The position numbers were made by a program, and so were the translations under genes. Shown in pieces: positions 18,728 through 28,812 of a stretch of 64,000 nucleotides of DNA. The DNA comes from Bacteroidales bacterium. Lineage in GTDB: Bacteria; Bacteroidota; Bacteroidia; Bacteroidales; GCA-2748055. The stretch covers positions 497 through 64,496 of the forward strand of contig JAOZQY010000003.1 in assembly GCA_029931975.1 (NCBI GenBank). The letters are read 5' to 3'. The notes under the pieces are model-generated. The model saw only the letters and a program-made list of their open reading frames with translations, made no database searches and had not been told where the DNA came from. Every line of letters starts with the position of its first letter. Position 1 is the stretch's first letter.

Positions 18728-20119
18728 TTAAATGTGTATTACTTCCCCATAAGCTGCGGCAGCAGCTTCCATCACCGCCTCCGACATGGTAGGATGCGGG
18801 TGGATGGCCTTTATAATCTCTTCGCCGGTGGTCTCCAGTTTTCGGGCCACCACCAGTTCGGCAACCATCTCGGTTACATTGGTACCGATAAGGTGTGCTC
18901 CCAGTAATTCTCCATACTTGGCATCAAAGAGCAGCTTGACAAATCCTTCCTTGGCTCCAGCTGCCGATGCTTTTCCCGAAGCGGTAAAGGGAAACTTGCC
19001 CACCTTCAGTTCATAACCAGCATCCTTTGCCGCCTTTTCGGTCATTCCAACTGAAGCAACTTCCGGACTGGTATAGGTACATCCGGGGATATTTCCATAG
19101 TCCACCGGAATGGGATTGTGTCCGGCTATCTTCTCCACGCAGGTAATTCCCTCGGCCGAGGCCACATGGGCCAGGGCCGGCCCACCCACGATATCGCCAA
19201 TGGCATAAATGCCATTCACATTGGTACGGTAGAAGTTATCCACCTTCACCTTTCCACCATCCAGTTCAATGCCCAGCCCTTCAAGACCAATATTTTCCAG
19301 GTTGGGGGTCACTCCAACAGCTGAAAGAACCACCTCGGCCTCCACTTCAACTTCACCCTTTGGAGTCTTGATCTTCACCTTACAAAGTTTGCCTGAAGTA
19401 TCCACCGATTCAACAGAAGATGAGGTCATCACCTTCATTTTCGACTTCTTAAAGGAGCGCTCAAGCAGTTTTGACACCTCCTCATCCTCAAGAGGAACCA
19501 CGTTGGGCAGAAATTCCACCAGGGTTACCATGGTACCCATGGTATTGTAGAAGTTGGCGAATTCACTTCCAATGGCACCGGATCCCACCACGACCATCGA
19601 TTCAGGCAATTTTGACAGAGTCATGGCTTCACGGTAACCAATAATTTTTTTGCCATCCTGCTTCAGGTTGGGCAGTTCACGTGAACGGGCCCCGGTTGCA
19701 AGGATGATATGAGATGCTTTTACTTCCGATGTGGCACCATCGGCAGCCGTAACTTCAACAACACCGGGAGACTTCAGTTTCCCGGTGCCATTAATGACTT
19801 CGATCTTGTTTTTCTTAAACAGATACTGTATCCCATTGCTCATACCTTCAGCCACATTGCGACTGCGGCCCACTACCTTTTCAAAATCCGGTTTCACGGA
19901 TCCGTCCAATGCAATGCCATAATCTGCGGCATGAAGGAAGTATTCATATACTTGCGCACTTTTCAGCAGGGATTTGGTTGGAATACATCCCCAATTCAGG
20001 CAGATACCGCCCAGGGATTCACGCTCTACTACTGCAGTTTTTAATCCAAGCTGGGACGCACGAATGGCAGCAACATACCCTCCTGGTCCGCTACCTATCA
20101 CTAAAAGATCAAAGTTCAT
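18728..20119 (-). CDS. lpd: dihydrolipoyl dehydrogenase
   Basis: 463-aa ORF with FAD motif IGSGPGGYVAAIRA, redox-active disulfide CLNWGCIPTK, and C-terminal HPHPTMSE. Confidence 0.95.
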   Translation of the reverse strand: MNFDLLVIGSGPGGYVAAIRASQLGLKTAVVERESLGGICLNWGCIPTKSLLKSAQVYEYFLHAADYGIALDGSVKPDFEKVVGRSRNVAEGMSNGIQYLFKKNKIEVINGTGKLKSPGVVEVTAADGATSEVKASHIILATGARSRELPNLKQDGKKIIGYREAMTLSKLPESMVVVGSGAIGSEFANFYNTMGTMVTLVEFLPNVVPLEDEEVSKLLERSFKKSKMKVMTSSSVESVDTSGKLCKVKIKTPKGEVEVEAEVVLSAVGVTPNLENIGLEGLGIELDGGKVKVDNFYRTNVNGIYAIGDIVGGPALAHVASAEGITCVEKIAGHNPIPVDYGNIPGCTYTSPEVASVGMTEKAAKDAGYELKVGKFPFTASGKASAAGAKEGFVKLLFDAKYGELLGAHLIGTNVTEMVAELVVARKLETTGEEIIKAIHPHPTMSEAVMEAAAAAYGEVIHI

Positions 20120-20274
20120 TCTGGTTGTTTTTAAAATTACACGCGAATTTACAAGTTTATAACAAGCAAAACGAATTAGGGTTTACCCAAATCAATAAAA
20201 ATCTGCTGGATTCACTATAATCATGTATATCAGGATGCTCATAAGCGCTCTCCTTTTTTAGCTTCTGTAGCATC

Positions 20275-20298
20275 GTATACAACTATATTTATAATTAT
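20275..20298. repeat. imperfect direct repeat copy A (GTATACAACTATATTTATAATTAT)
   Basis: Shares 21 of 22 aligned nt (plus a 2-nt indel) with 21516-21537, including the exact 13-mer TATTTATAATTAT. Overlaps the stop codon of the hydrolase gene. Confidence 0.7.
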
Positions 20299-21476
20299 TC
20301 CAATAGTAGATCCATGAAAGTCGGAACGCAGCGTGACGCCAGGTTATTGGGGGAGTTTTGCAGAAAGGCAATTCCCACATCTTCGGACGGACAAAATGCG
20401 ATCTCGGCTCTGTAGCCACGAATATACCCCCCATGGTACATAATTTTCCTTCCCTGGTACTGGTAGATTCTCCAGCCCAGACTGTAGTAGCGTTCCCTGA
20501 AAGGTTTCCAGTACCTGGTATACCTCCATTTCAGGGGAGTGTATATAACAGGAGTGGAGATAGAGCTGATCACTGTATCGGGCATAAACTCCGGCTGATA
20601 ACCCAGCAGTGCCAGGAGCCAGTGTCCCATATCCGTGATGCTCGCATTTACTCCGGCAGCAGGCAAGACGTTGTAATACCCTTCATGAGGATGAAGCCTT
20701 GCATAACCTTTACTGGTCTTTACATGAGGATAGGCCACATTCGGATAGCTTTCCAGGTCCACCGGTCCGGCCGAAGCATCCTTCATTCCCAGGGGATCGA
20801 ATATCTTCTCTTTTAATAGTACCTGGTAGGGAATCCCTGTAGTAAAACGTGCAATTGGGTCCAGCATGCTGAACATTACGTTCTGATAGCCATATAGCTC
20901 ACCAGGTGGAGCAGAGATATCCACCTCATCGAGCCGGTCTATGATGGTATGCAACTCCTGGTCCGCCTCCACCAGGTTATCAAAAGCATAGGGAACCAGG
21001 CCGGAGGTATGGCTTAAAAGGTTTCGGATCGATAGTTCGGCCGTACTCACAGAGTCCTTTAGCCTGAAGCCCGGATAATAATCCACTACCCTGTCGTTGA
21101 GCGAAAAAGCCCCATCCAGTTCCAGCATGCTGGCCAGCACACCTGCAAAACCTTTGGAAACTGAAGCCAATCTGAACAGGGTATGTTCATCCACCTTCTT
21201 TCCTCGTCCACGGGCCCGTTCACCAAAAGTACCGGTATAAACCACCTGCCCACCGTGGACGATGGTATAAGCAGCACCCACCGTATGGCTGCTGTCCAGC
21301 TCCTGCTCCATAAAATGGATGAAATCCCTGAACGGCTCAAAAAGGGGAAGGGGATCCTTCTCCACGGGCAGCTTCACTTCCAGGGGTAAGGTTCCTCTCG
21401 ATACATAGATGGTGGCAGCTGAAAGTATAACCACCAAAAATATCAATGCCACTACCTTAACTATCCGGCCGCTCAT
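20295..21476 (-). CDS. serine hydrolase, beta-lactamase/PBP4* family
   Basis: 393-aa ORF. N-terminal TM/signal, S-x-x-K motif SVSKGF, and LLSHTSGL. Confidence 0.8.
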   Translation of the reverse strand: MSGRIVKVVALIFLVVILSAATIYVSRGTLPLEVKLPVEKDPLPLFEPFRDFIHFMEQELDSSHTVGAAYTIVHGGQVVYTGTFGERARGRGKKVDEHTLFRLASVSKGFAGVLASMLELDGAFSLNDRVVDYYPGFRLKDSVSTAELSIRNLLSHTSGLVPYAFDNLVEADQELHTIIDRLDEVDISAPPGELYGYQNVMFSMLDPIARFTTGIPYQVLLKEKIFDPLGMKDASAGPVDLESYPNVAYPHVKTSKGYARLHPHEGYYNVLPAAGVNASITDMGHWLLALLGYQPEFMPDTVISSISTPVIYTPLKWRYTRYWKPFRERYYSLGWRIYQYQGRKIMYHGGYIRGYRAEIAFCPSEDVGIAFLQNSPNNLASRCVPTFMDLLLE

Positions 21477-21515
21477 TCATCCTCCTCCTAAATAATACGG
21501 TTCAAGAAGGCAAAA

Positions 21516-21537
21516 GTATAACTGTATTTATAATTAT
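21516..21537. repeat. imperfect direct repeat copy B (GTATAACTGTATTTATAATTAT)
   Basis: Partner of 20275-20298. Lies 40-61 nt upstream of the hydrolase start codon. Confidence 0.7.
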
Positions 21538-21566
21538 GCGGACAGCTCTTCAAAAAATATTAACAA

Positions 21567-22496
21567 TCAGGATTTTTTTGTAGCATCAAAAACACTGGTA
21601 GCCGTTGCAATAATGCTGGAAATATCGGCCAGGTTTGAAGGCATAATCATGGTATTTGACTCCTTGGCCAGCTTTCCGAATTCTAAAAGATATTGCTCTG
21701 CAATCCTAAGGTTCACAGCATCCTTACCACCTTCTTCATTGATGGCCAGGGCAATAGCCCTGATGCCGTTCGCCGTAGCAGTAGCTACCTGTTCAATCTC
21801 CGAAGCCTTTCCTGTAGCCTCGTTGATCCGCTTCTGCATCTCCCCTTCCGACTCGGCAATGAGCTCCTGCTTGGATCCTTCGGCCACATTTATCTTGGCC
21901 TGCTTCTCCCCTTCCGACTCAGCAATCACTGCTCGCTTCTCGCGCTCAGCACGCATCTGCTTCTCCATGGCATCTTTAATACTCTGAGGGGGAATGATGT
22001 TCTTCACTTCATAACGTGTCACCTTTACTCCCCATGGATCACTGGCCTTGTCCACCGCATTCACAATGCTGTTATTGATAGTCTCCCGTTCCTCAAAAGT
22101 GCGGTCAAGTTCCAGTTTTCCGATAATACTCCGCATGGTGGTCTGTGCAATCTGGATCGACGCAAACTGGTAATGATCAATCCCGTAAGAGGCTTTCATG
22201 GCATCAATCACCTGCAGGTAAAGGATCCCGTCCACTTCTACCGAAATATTGTCCCTGGTAATACAGATCTGTGAAGCCACATCAATGGCCTGTTCCTTCA
22301 GCGTGTGCCTGTACTTCACCCGGTCAATAAAGGGCATAATAATATTAAATCCCGCCATCAGTGTTACACGATATTTACCAAGGCGCTCCACGATATAGGC
22401 TTTGCGTTGAGGGACCACTTTGATAGAGGATAAAAGAAGAATCAAGGCCAGGAAGATCAACCCGGCATATACCAGTGTAAGTGCATTCATTTCCAT
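21567..22496 (-). CDS. SPFH/Band 7 (stomatin/QmcA-like) membrane protein
   Basis: 309-aa ORF. N-terminal TM, PHB-domain core (YIVERLGKYRVTL, ITRDNISVEVDGILY) and a coiled-coil tail. Downstream of an nfeD gene. Confidence 0.88.
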   Translation of the reverse strand: MEMNALTLVYAGLIFLALILLLSSIKVVPQRKAYIVERLGKYRVTLMAGFNIIMPFIDRVKYRHTLKEQAIDVASQICITRDNISVEVDGILYLQVIDAMKASYGIDHYQFASIQIAQTTMRSIIGKLELDRTFEERETINNSIVNAVDKASDPWGVKVTRYEVKNIIPPQSIKDAMEKQMRAEREKRAVIAESEGEKQAKINVAEGSKQELIAESEGEMQKRINEATGKASEIEQVATATANGIRAIALAINEEGGKDAVNLRIAEQYLLEFGKLAKESNTMIMPSNLADISSIIATATSVFDATKKS

Positions 22497-22533
22497 AGAA
22501 AATAGTTAATGGTTAATTGTTAATGGTCGCCAA

Positions 22534-23025
22534 TTATGAGGGTTTTTCAACGTCGAGGGTCAGGCTGTCCTTACTCCGGATAATCACCCAGTCTCCTTTT
22601 GAAACCGGCTTTTTACTCCGGGCCATCCATTGGGTCCCTTTAAACTCAACTTTCCCGGAACCATCCTTAAAATCATCAACGGCTAAGGCCTTTCGCCCGA
22701 TAAACTCTTCAAGCTGATCATCTATCTCTTTATCGCTTCGATTAAAAAAGCGATTCCTGAGGTATTTTCGAAGCAGGACCAGTCCCAGCAAGCTGGCTAC
22801 CAGAAAAATCAGAATCTGCCAATTAAGGTTAATATCTGTGATGGTACATACCAGGGCTGTAACCCATGCACCCACACCAAAGAACAGAATAACCAGTCCG
22901 GGAAGGACCAGTTCAAGGAGAAGCAAACCAAGGCCAACAAGGAACCAGATCACCGCGGGGTCAGAAAATATATCCATAAGAGGGCGTTTTTGATTAAAAT
23001 TAAGAAAAAGTGGGTTATTCTCCAT
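22534..23025 (-). CDS. NfeD family protein (YbbJ-like)
   Basis: 163-aa ORF with TM helices and a C-terminal OB-like domain (GSGKVEFKGTQWMARS...GDWVIIRS). The start may be the internal ATG at 22977 (MDIFSDP). Confidence 0.8.
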   Translation of the reverse strand: MENNPLFLNFNQKRPLMDIFSDPAVIWFLVGLGLLLLELVLPGLVILFFGVGAWVTALVCTITDINLNWQILIFLVASLLGLVLLRKYLRNRFFNRSDKEIDDQLEEFIGRKALAVDDFKDGSGKVEFKGTQWMARSKKPVSKGDWVIIRSKDSLTLDVEKPS

Positions 23026-23090
23026 AAGATTTCAAGCTATTATGGGATATGTATGGCCTACAGCATGCTGGGCTATTTGCAAACTATCAT

Positions 23091-23098
23091 TACATTTG
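23091..23098 (+). promoter_or_regulatory. putative -7 promoter box TACATTTG for ppk1
   Basis: Exact TAnnTTTG match, 19 nt upstream of the ATG at 23118. Confidence 0.45.
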
Positions 23099-23117
23099 TA
23101 TATTCATCTCCCCCCAT

Positions 23118-25208
23118 ATGAGCAAATACGAATATACCAACCGCGATATCAGCTGGCTCTCGTTTAACTTCAGGGTGCTTCAGGAAGCAATGGATAAAAC
23201 CCTTCCACTCTATGAACGCATTAAGTTTCTGGCCATATACTCCAACAACACTGAAGAATTCTACCAGGTCAGGGTCAGCTACTATAAACATATGCTTCGC
23301 CACGAACGCGAGTTTCCCAAACAGCATTTCAAGAACGTAGATCCTGCAGCCATCATCCGACAGATCAATGAAATTGTTACCAATCAGCAATCAATCTTTC
23401 ACCTGATCTTCGAACAGGAAATAATTCCTGCACTTCGGAAAAACAATATTATATTGGTAGATGAGAAAGTCCAGCTGAGCGATGAACAGCATAGTTTTGT
23501 TAGAGAGGTATTTTACTCCAATATCATTACCTCCGTACAACCGGTTCTGCTTGTTAAAAAGAAAGTCCGGCCATTTATGAGAACCGGGCAACCTTACATG
23601 GCCCTGGAGATGGTTAGCAAGGACAGCAACAAAAACAAACAACTGGAGCGCTATGGAATGATTAAGATTCCTACAGACCATAATATCTCCAGGTTTGTGG
23701 AATTGCCTGAACACAATGGCAAGCACTACATCATGTTTGTGGAGGATGTAATCATGAAGCATATTGATGCCATCTTCCCCGGATACAAGATTAAAAACTC
23801 TTATTCATTTAAACTCACCCGGGATGCTGACATGGAGTATGACGATTATGAGGGTGATGACCTGATTGAGGCCATAGACAGAATCAGGTCGGTCCGGTCG
23901 GTGGGTAAACCCAATCGCTTCCAGTTCGACAGGGCTATGCCGGAGAAATTGCTTGAATATCTGACCGCTTCCTTCCATATCAGCAAAGATATTATGGTGA
24001 TGGGAGGCAACAGGCATAATTTCAGGGATTTTTTCTCTTTCCCAAATCCCGCCTATCCAAAATTGGAGATTCAAAGTCTGCCTCCGATCCCCATTCCGGC
24101 GCTGGCCAACCAGAAAAAGCCCATAGCCAGTTTGATTTCCAAGAAAGATTTTCTACTTAGCGTACCCTATCAACCCTTTGAGCACTACCTGAGGTTCCTC
24201 AGGGAAGCATCGACCGATCCCACAGTAAAAGAGATCAAAGCCACACAGTATCGGGTGTCGGATCACTCTGTGGTAGTAAACTCGCTGATTGCAGCCGCTG
24301 AAAACGGTAAAAAAGTTACTGTATTTGTGGAACTGAAAGCAAGGTTTGATGAGGAGGCCAACCTGAAATGGGCCTATGAAATGACCAAGGCCGGGATTCG
24401 GATCATATATAGCATCCCGAATTTGAAAGTCCATGCAAAAATCGCCCTGGTCATCCGCAAGAAAGGGAGCAAATATGGAGACCAGGCCTACCTGGGAACC
24501 GGCAACTTCAATGAAAAGACTGCCCGCCTTTATGGTGATCACGGACTCTTCACCTCCAATCCTGAGGTGGTCAGCGAAGTAAAAGAACTTTACCGCTACC
24601 TGATGGACCAGCAAATACAACCTGAATTCAAACATATCCTGGTACCACGATTCAATATGATACCCTCCTTTATTGAAATGATCGACCAGGAAATCGCCAA
24701 TGTGAAAGCGGGGAAGATAGGGTATATACTGCTAAAAATGAACGGGCTGCAGGACAAGGAGATGGTGGACAGCCTCTACAAAGCCAGCGAAGCCGGTGTG
24801 AAAGTGGACCTGATCATCCGGGGCGTGTGTACACTCAAAACAAAAAAGCGATACAGCAAAAATATCAGGGTGATTCGCATTGTGGACAGATTCCTTGAAC
24901 ATGCCAGGGTTTTTGTTTTTCTAAACGATGGTGAGCACCGGATCTACCTTGGTTCGGCCGACTGGATGAAACGCAACTTGCGTAGCAGAGTAGAGTGTGT
25001 CTTCCCGATTTATGATCCTGATCTGAAGAAAGAGTTACTGAATATCCTTCATATTCAGCTCTCAGACAATGTGAAGGCCTGTGAAATTGATGAAAATCTC
25101 AGGAATCAAAAGATCATAACCAAAGGGCCCGACATCAGAGCGCAGATGACCATCTATGAATATTTTAAAAATAAATATACCATCCCCAAGTATTCGAACA
25201 TCACCTAA
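23118..25208 (+). CDS. ppk1: polyphosphate kinase 1
   Basis: Starts MSKYEYTNRDISWLSFNFRVLQEA, the typical PPK1 N-terminus. PLD-like motif LKVHAKIALV. The track ORF from 23049 runs through the promoter box. Confidence 0.93.
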   Translation: MSKYEYTNRDISWLSFNFRVLQEAMDKTLPLYERIKFLAIYSNNTEEFYQVRVSYYKHMLRHEREFPKQHFKNVDPAAIIRQINEIVTNQQSIFHLIFEQEIIPALRKNNIILVDEKVQLSDEQHSFVREVFYSNIITSVQPVLLVKKKVRPFMRTGQPYMALEMVSKDSNKNKQLERYGMIKIPTDHNISRFVELPEHNGKHYIMFVEDVIMKHIDAIFPGYKIKNSYSFKLTRDADMEYDDYEGDDLIEAIDRIRSVRSVGKPNRFQFDRAMPEKLLEYLTASFHISKDIMVMGGNRHNFRDFFSFPNPAYPKLEIQSLPPIPIPALANQKKPIASLISKKDFLLSVPYQPFEHYLRFLREASTDPTVKEIKATQYRVSDHSVVVNSLIAAAENGKKVTVFVELKARFDEEANLKWAYEMTKAGIRIIYSIPNLKVHAKIALVIRKKGSKYGDQAYLGTGNFNEKTARLYGDHGLFTSNPEVVSEVKELYRYLMDQQIQPEFKHILVPRFNMIPSFIEMIDQEIANVKAGKIGYILLKMNGLQDKEMVDSLYKASEAGVKVDLIIRGVCTLKTKKRYSKNIRVIRIVDRFLEHARVFVFLNDGEHRIYLGSADWMKRNLRSRVECVFPIYDPDLKKELLNILHIQLSDNVKACEIDENLRNQKIITKGPDIRAQMTIYEYFKNKYTIPKYSNIT

Positions 25209-25283
25209 CTAATGCCATTTATTATGGAATTGCAGACACGGATCAGGTAGATAGCATTCTAAAAAAACACTTTTAAACAGCAC

Positions 25284-26375
25284 ATGCCGGGAAGCAAAAC
25301 ATCAAAAACTGCACTCTCTGTCTCTGAAGGTGTCGAACAGCCTGGATCTATCAACCAGCAGGCTGTCGACCATCTGAAGAAGACAAAAAAGAAGCCATAC
25401 TCAACTACCCAGTTACTCAGAGGTATCCGCAAGGGCGAGATTAGTATGCTTGGCCAGGCCATTACGCTGGTGGAGAGTTCACTTGAGAGTCATCAAAAGG
25501 CTGCCCAGGAACTTATCGCAGCCTGCCTACCCTATTCAGGGAACGCTTTTCGTGTGGGGATCACCGGGGTACCGGGCGCCGGGAAAAGTACATTTATAGA
25601 ATCCTTGGGCAAACATATCATTGGGAGAGGCGGCCGACTGGCAGTACTGGCCATTGATCCAAGCAGTGAGCGTTCCAGGGGTAGCATTTTGGGCGATAAG
25701 ACCCGCATGGAGGAACTGGCAGGAAGCAAAAACGCGTATATCAGGCCCTCTCCTTCGGGGGGAACGCTGGGTGGAGTGGCCAGGAAAACACGGGAGAGCA
25801 TTATCCTGTGCGAAGCCGCCGGATTCGATACCATTTTTATAGAAACTGTGGGGGTTGGACAATCCGAAACAGCGGTACACAGCATGGTCGATTTCTTCCT
25901 CTTGGTAATGCTGGCCGGTGCCGGTGATGAACTGCAGGGAATCAAGAGGGGTATCATGGAAATGGCCGATGCCATTGTGATCAATAAAGCCGATGGTACC
26001 AACATACGAAGGGCCAGAAGGGCTCAGTCCGAATTTGCCAATGCGCTTCACCTCTTTCCCCCTTCGCTTTCCGGATGGATTCCCCTGGTAAAAACCTGCT
26101 CCTCACTTTACAACAAAGGGATCGATGAAATTTGGGATTTGGCTCAGAAGTACTCATCCTTTGTAAAGGAAAGTGGTTACCTGAAAGAAAAACGGTTAGA
26201 ACAATCCAGGTACTGGATGTATGAGACCCTCCGGGACGGAATCTACATGCAGGTATTCAACGATCCGGCTATGAAAAAAGAACTTGAACTACACGAAAAA
26301 GCCATCGCTGAAGGACGCATCACCTCCTTTATGGCCGCATCTTCTATCTTGAACAAGTATAAATCAGGCATTTAA
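25284..26375 (+). CDS. meaB: methylmalonyl-CoA mutase-associated GTPase MeaB (ArgK family)
   Basis: 363-aa ORF with P-loop GVPGAGKST, ETVGVGQSE, and VINKADG (NKxD). Confidence 0.88.
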   Translation: MPGSKTSKTALSVSEGVEQPGSINQQAVDHLKKTKKKPYSTTQLLRGIRKGEISMLGQAITLVESSLESHQKAAQELIAACLPYSGNAFRVGITGVPGAGKSTFIESLGKHIIGRGGRLAVLAIDPSSERSRGSILGDKTRMEELAGSKNAYIRPSPSGGTLGGVARKTRESIILCEAAGFDTIFIETVGVGQSETAVHSMVDFFLLVMLAGAGDELQGIKRGIMEMADAIVINKADGTNIRRARRAQSEFANALHLFPPSLSGWIPLVKTCSSLYNKGIDEIWDLAQKYSSFVKESGYLKEKRLEQSRYWMYETLRDGIYMQVFNDPAMKKELELHEKAIAEGRITSFMAASSILNKYKSGI

Positions 26376-26444
26376 TCTTCCCGACTATGCCCCTGTTAAA
26401 TAATTAATTGTATTATTGCGCTTCAAATTAAAACCAAATCTGAT

Positions 26445-27536
26445 ATGCGCAAGTTAATCTGGATCATGCTGGCTATCATTACATTGCAGGCCTGTGATCA
26501 AAACAAGGAAGCCTATACCATTGAGGTAAACCTGTATGGTTCAGGAGGTAAATGGATCAAGCTAATGGCCCTGGAAGACAGGAATTATGTCACATATGAT
26601 TCTGCATTTGCAGAGGCTGGATCACCTGCAGTTCTCACAAGGGGGGTTGATGGAGTTAAATCCATGTACCTGACAGTTGAAGACGCCGATGGCTCCGTCC
26701 GGTTGCTGGTAGAAAACAGCAGCTACTCCCTTGGTGGAACCCTGGAGGAACCTGAGATCAAAACGGACAGCAAAGCCCAGAATGACCTGAATGCATACAA
26801 TGAACAGATCAGGCCCATTACTGAAAAAATGACTGAACTGGTAGCTGAACTGAGGAAGGGTCCTGATCCCGAGAACCCCCAGAAAAGTGACAGTCTGCGC
26901 GAGGCCTATTATGAACTTTATGATAAGCAGAGGACCATTGATTCTGTTTATATCGGGGAAAACCCCAGCTCTTATGCTTCAGTACTTGCACTGAGGGGTA
27001 TTTTCTATACTCTGGATAACGAAGAGCTTGAAGCTGCTCTTACCCGTCTGGATACTCCCCTGCAAGAAATGGAAGAGTACAAATACATGAATGGCAAACT
27101 GGAGAGAATGAAAGCTGTGGCCATTGGTCAGAAATATACCGATTTCGGACTGGAAACTCCGGAGGGTGAAATGCTGAAAGTATCTGATGTACACCAGGGA
27201 AATGTATTGCTCATCGATTTCTGGGCCAGCTGGTGCGCACCCTGCCGCAGGGTCAATCCCGTTGTGGTTGAGATATATAACACCTATCACGAAAAGGGAT
27301 TTGATATCCTGGGTGTATCACTCGACCGTGATTCGGCCAGCTGGGTAAGGGCCATAGCAGATGACCATCTTATTTGGAATCATATCTCGGACCTGAAATA
27401 CTGGAACTCGGAAGGTGCTGAACTCTATGGCGTACCCGCCATTCCCCATTCTGTCCTGATCGACAGGAATGGGATCATTAGCGCCAAGAACCTGGAGAGT
27501 GATGAGCTTAAGGAAGCCATCGAATCCCTACTTTAG
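26445..27536 (+). CDS. TlpA-family thiol:disulfide oxidoreductase lipoprotein
   Basis: 363-aa ORF with lipobox LQAC and a C-terminal thioredoxin fold containing FWASWCAPCRR. Confidence 0.85.
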   Translation: MRKLIWIMLAIITLQACDQNKEAYTIEVNLYGSGGKWIKLMALEDRNYVTYDSAFAEAGSPAVLTRGVDGVKSMYLTVEDADGSVRLLVENSSYSLGGTLEEPEIKTDSKAQNDLNAYNEQIRPITEKMTELVAELRKGPDPENPQKSDSLREAYYELYDKQRTIDSVYIGENPSSYASVLALRGIFYTLDNEELEAALTRLDTPLQEMEEYKYMNGKLERMKAVAIGQKYTDFGLETPEGEMLKVSDVHQGNVLLIDFWASWCAPCRRVNPVVVEIYNTYHEKGFDILGVSLDRDSASWVRAIADDHLIWNHISDLKYWNSEGAELYGVPAIPHSVLIDRNGIISAKNLESDELKEAIESLL

Positions 27537-27549
27537 TGCCTGGCACTAT

Positions 27550-28632
27550 TTAGCTTTTCACCACCTCACCTTTTACCCAGAGAATCATTTTACTCTTCTT
27601 GGGGTCGTTGGTAATAATAGTTACGGTTTTATTCTGGTTCCCCACCTTCCCGGCAGAATTGAATACGGCTTTAATGTTAACCGATTCACCAGGAGCAATC
27701 ACCTTTTTTTCGGGCTGAACAGCTGTACATCCACAGGATGCCTTTACCTTTCGGATAAGAAGATCTGATTTGCCCGAGTTGGTCAGCACATAAACATGCT
27801 CCACCTTGTCCCCCTGGTTAATTTTTCCAAATTTGAATTCGGCATCATCCACACTAAGCACCGGCGCGTTGGCCAGCTCTGCTTCAGACAGGGCAGAAAA
27901 ATCCTCCTCAATATTAGCGCTGATCACCAGGCTAAAGTTTCTTTCCGTTTTCCCGTTAATCTCAAGTGACATCCGGTCAATCACGAATCCCCAGTCATTT
28001 CTCATAGGTGCATCATAATTTGCATGAATGACTCCCTTCTGCCCCGGCTTTAACTTAGCAGGCTCCATGGCAATTACAACATGTTTGGGAACCCTTAGAA
28101 AAGTGACACTTACATCCTCCTGCGAGTTGTTTATAACTTCAAGTTCCTTATCCGTTTTTGCTGTATTCTTCAGGTTTCCAAAGGCCAGGTGATTAGACTT
28201 CAGTCTAATGGGTCCCATGGCATATCGGTAATCATCCTCAATGGTTCTGGGTTTCGCCTCCACCTCACCCGCAATGGTCAATCTGACACTTCCGGGATTG
28301 GAATTAGAAATAACAGTTACATACTTTCTGAAGGCACCGGGCCGTCCGGCCGGATTATAAGTGGCTGCCACATACCCTTTGGCTCCCGGGGCAACCGGTT
28401 CGCGCGTCCAGCGGGGGGCTGTACATCCGCATGAAGCAGAGACATTTTGAATAATCAGGTCACTGCCACCAGTATTAACAAATTCAAATTTGCAGGTAAC
28501 TTTTCCATCAGCCTCTTTAATTTTCCCAAAATCGTGGGTCGTTTCATTAAAAGATATTTTAGGCTGTACCGTCTGCGATTTGAGGGGTACAATAAAAACG
28601 GCCACACAGAATAATAATATTATCCGTTTCAT
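27550..28632 (-). CDS. DUF1573 domain-containing protein (two DUF1573 modules)
   Basis: 360-aa ORF. Signal peptide and two modules each carrying the family SCGCT motif (ASCGCTAPRW, ASCGCTAVQP). Confidence 0.8.
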   Translation of the reverse strand: MKRIILLFCVAVFIVPLKSQTVQPKISFNETTHDFGKIKEADGKVTCKFEFVNTGGSDLIIQNVSASCGCTAPRWTREPVAPGAKGYVAATYNPAGRPGAFRKYVTVISNSNPGSVRLTIAGEVEAKPRTIEDDYRYAMGPIRLKSNHLAFGNLKNTAKTDKELEVINNSQEDVSVTFLRVPKHVVIAMEPAKLKPGQKGVIHANYDAPMRNDWGFVIDRMSLEINGKTERNFSLVISANIEEDFSALSEAELANAPVLSVDDAEFKFGKINQGDKVEHVYVLTNSGKSDLLIRKVKASCGCTAVQPEKKVIAPGESVNIKAVFNSAGKVGNQNKTVTIITNDPKKSKMILWVKGEVVKS

Positions 28633-28812
28633 GTTCCGACTATTTTGTGATTTAGAATAGGTATATAATTACTTAAGGCTATAAAATTAACACAAATAAA
28701 TAGAAAATAGTTGCACAATTTTTGAGGTAATCATAGAATTACAATTATCGGGCCACGAATAGAACCTCCATATTACGAATAATGCTTACTTTTAAATCGT
28801 CAAAAACAGGAA

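Noticed and set aside
23049-23117. N-terminal extensions of track ORFs: ppk1 from 23049, smpB from 7435, rsmI from 45397, tgt to 53179, dnaB to 47978, gldB to 35927, trpA to 62724, and the PASTA gene from 55836.
   Set aside because: The extensions overlap neighbouring genes or run through TAnnTTTG promoter boxes. Internal ATGs restore the canonical family N-termini.
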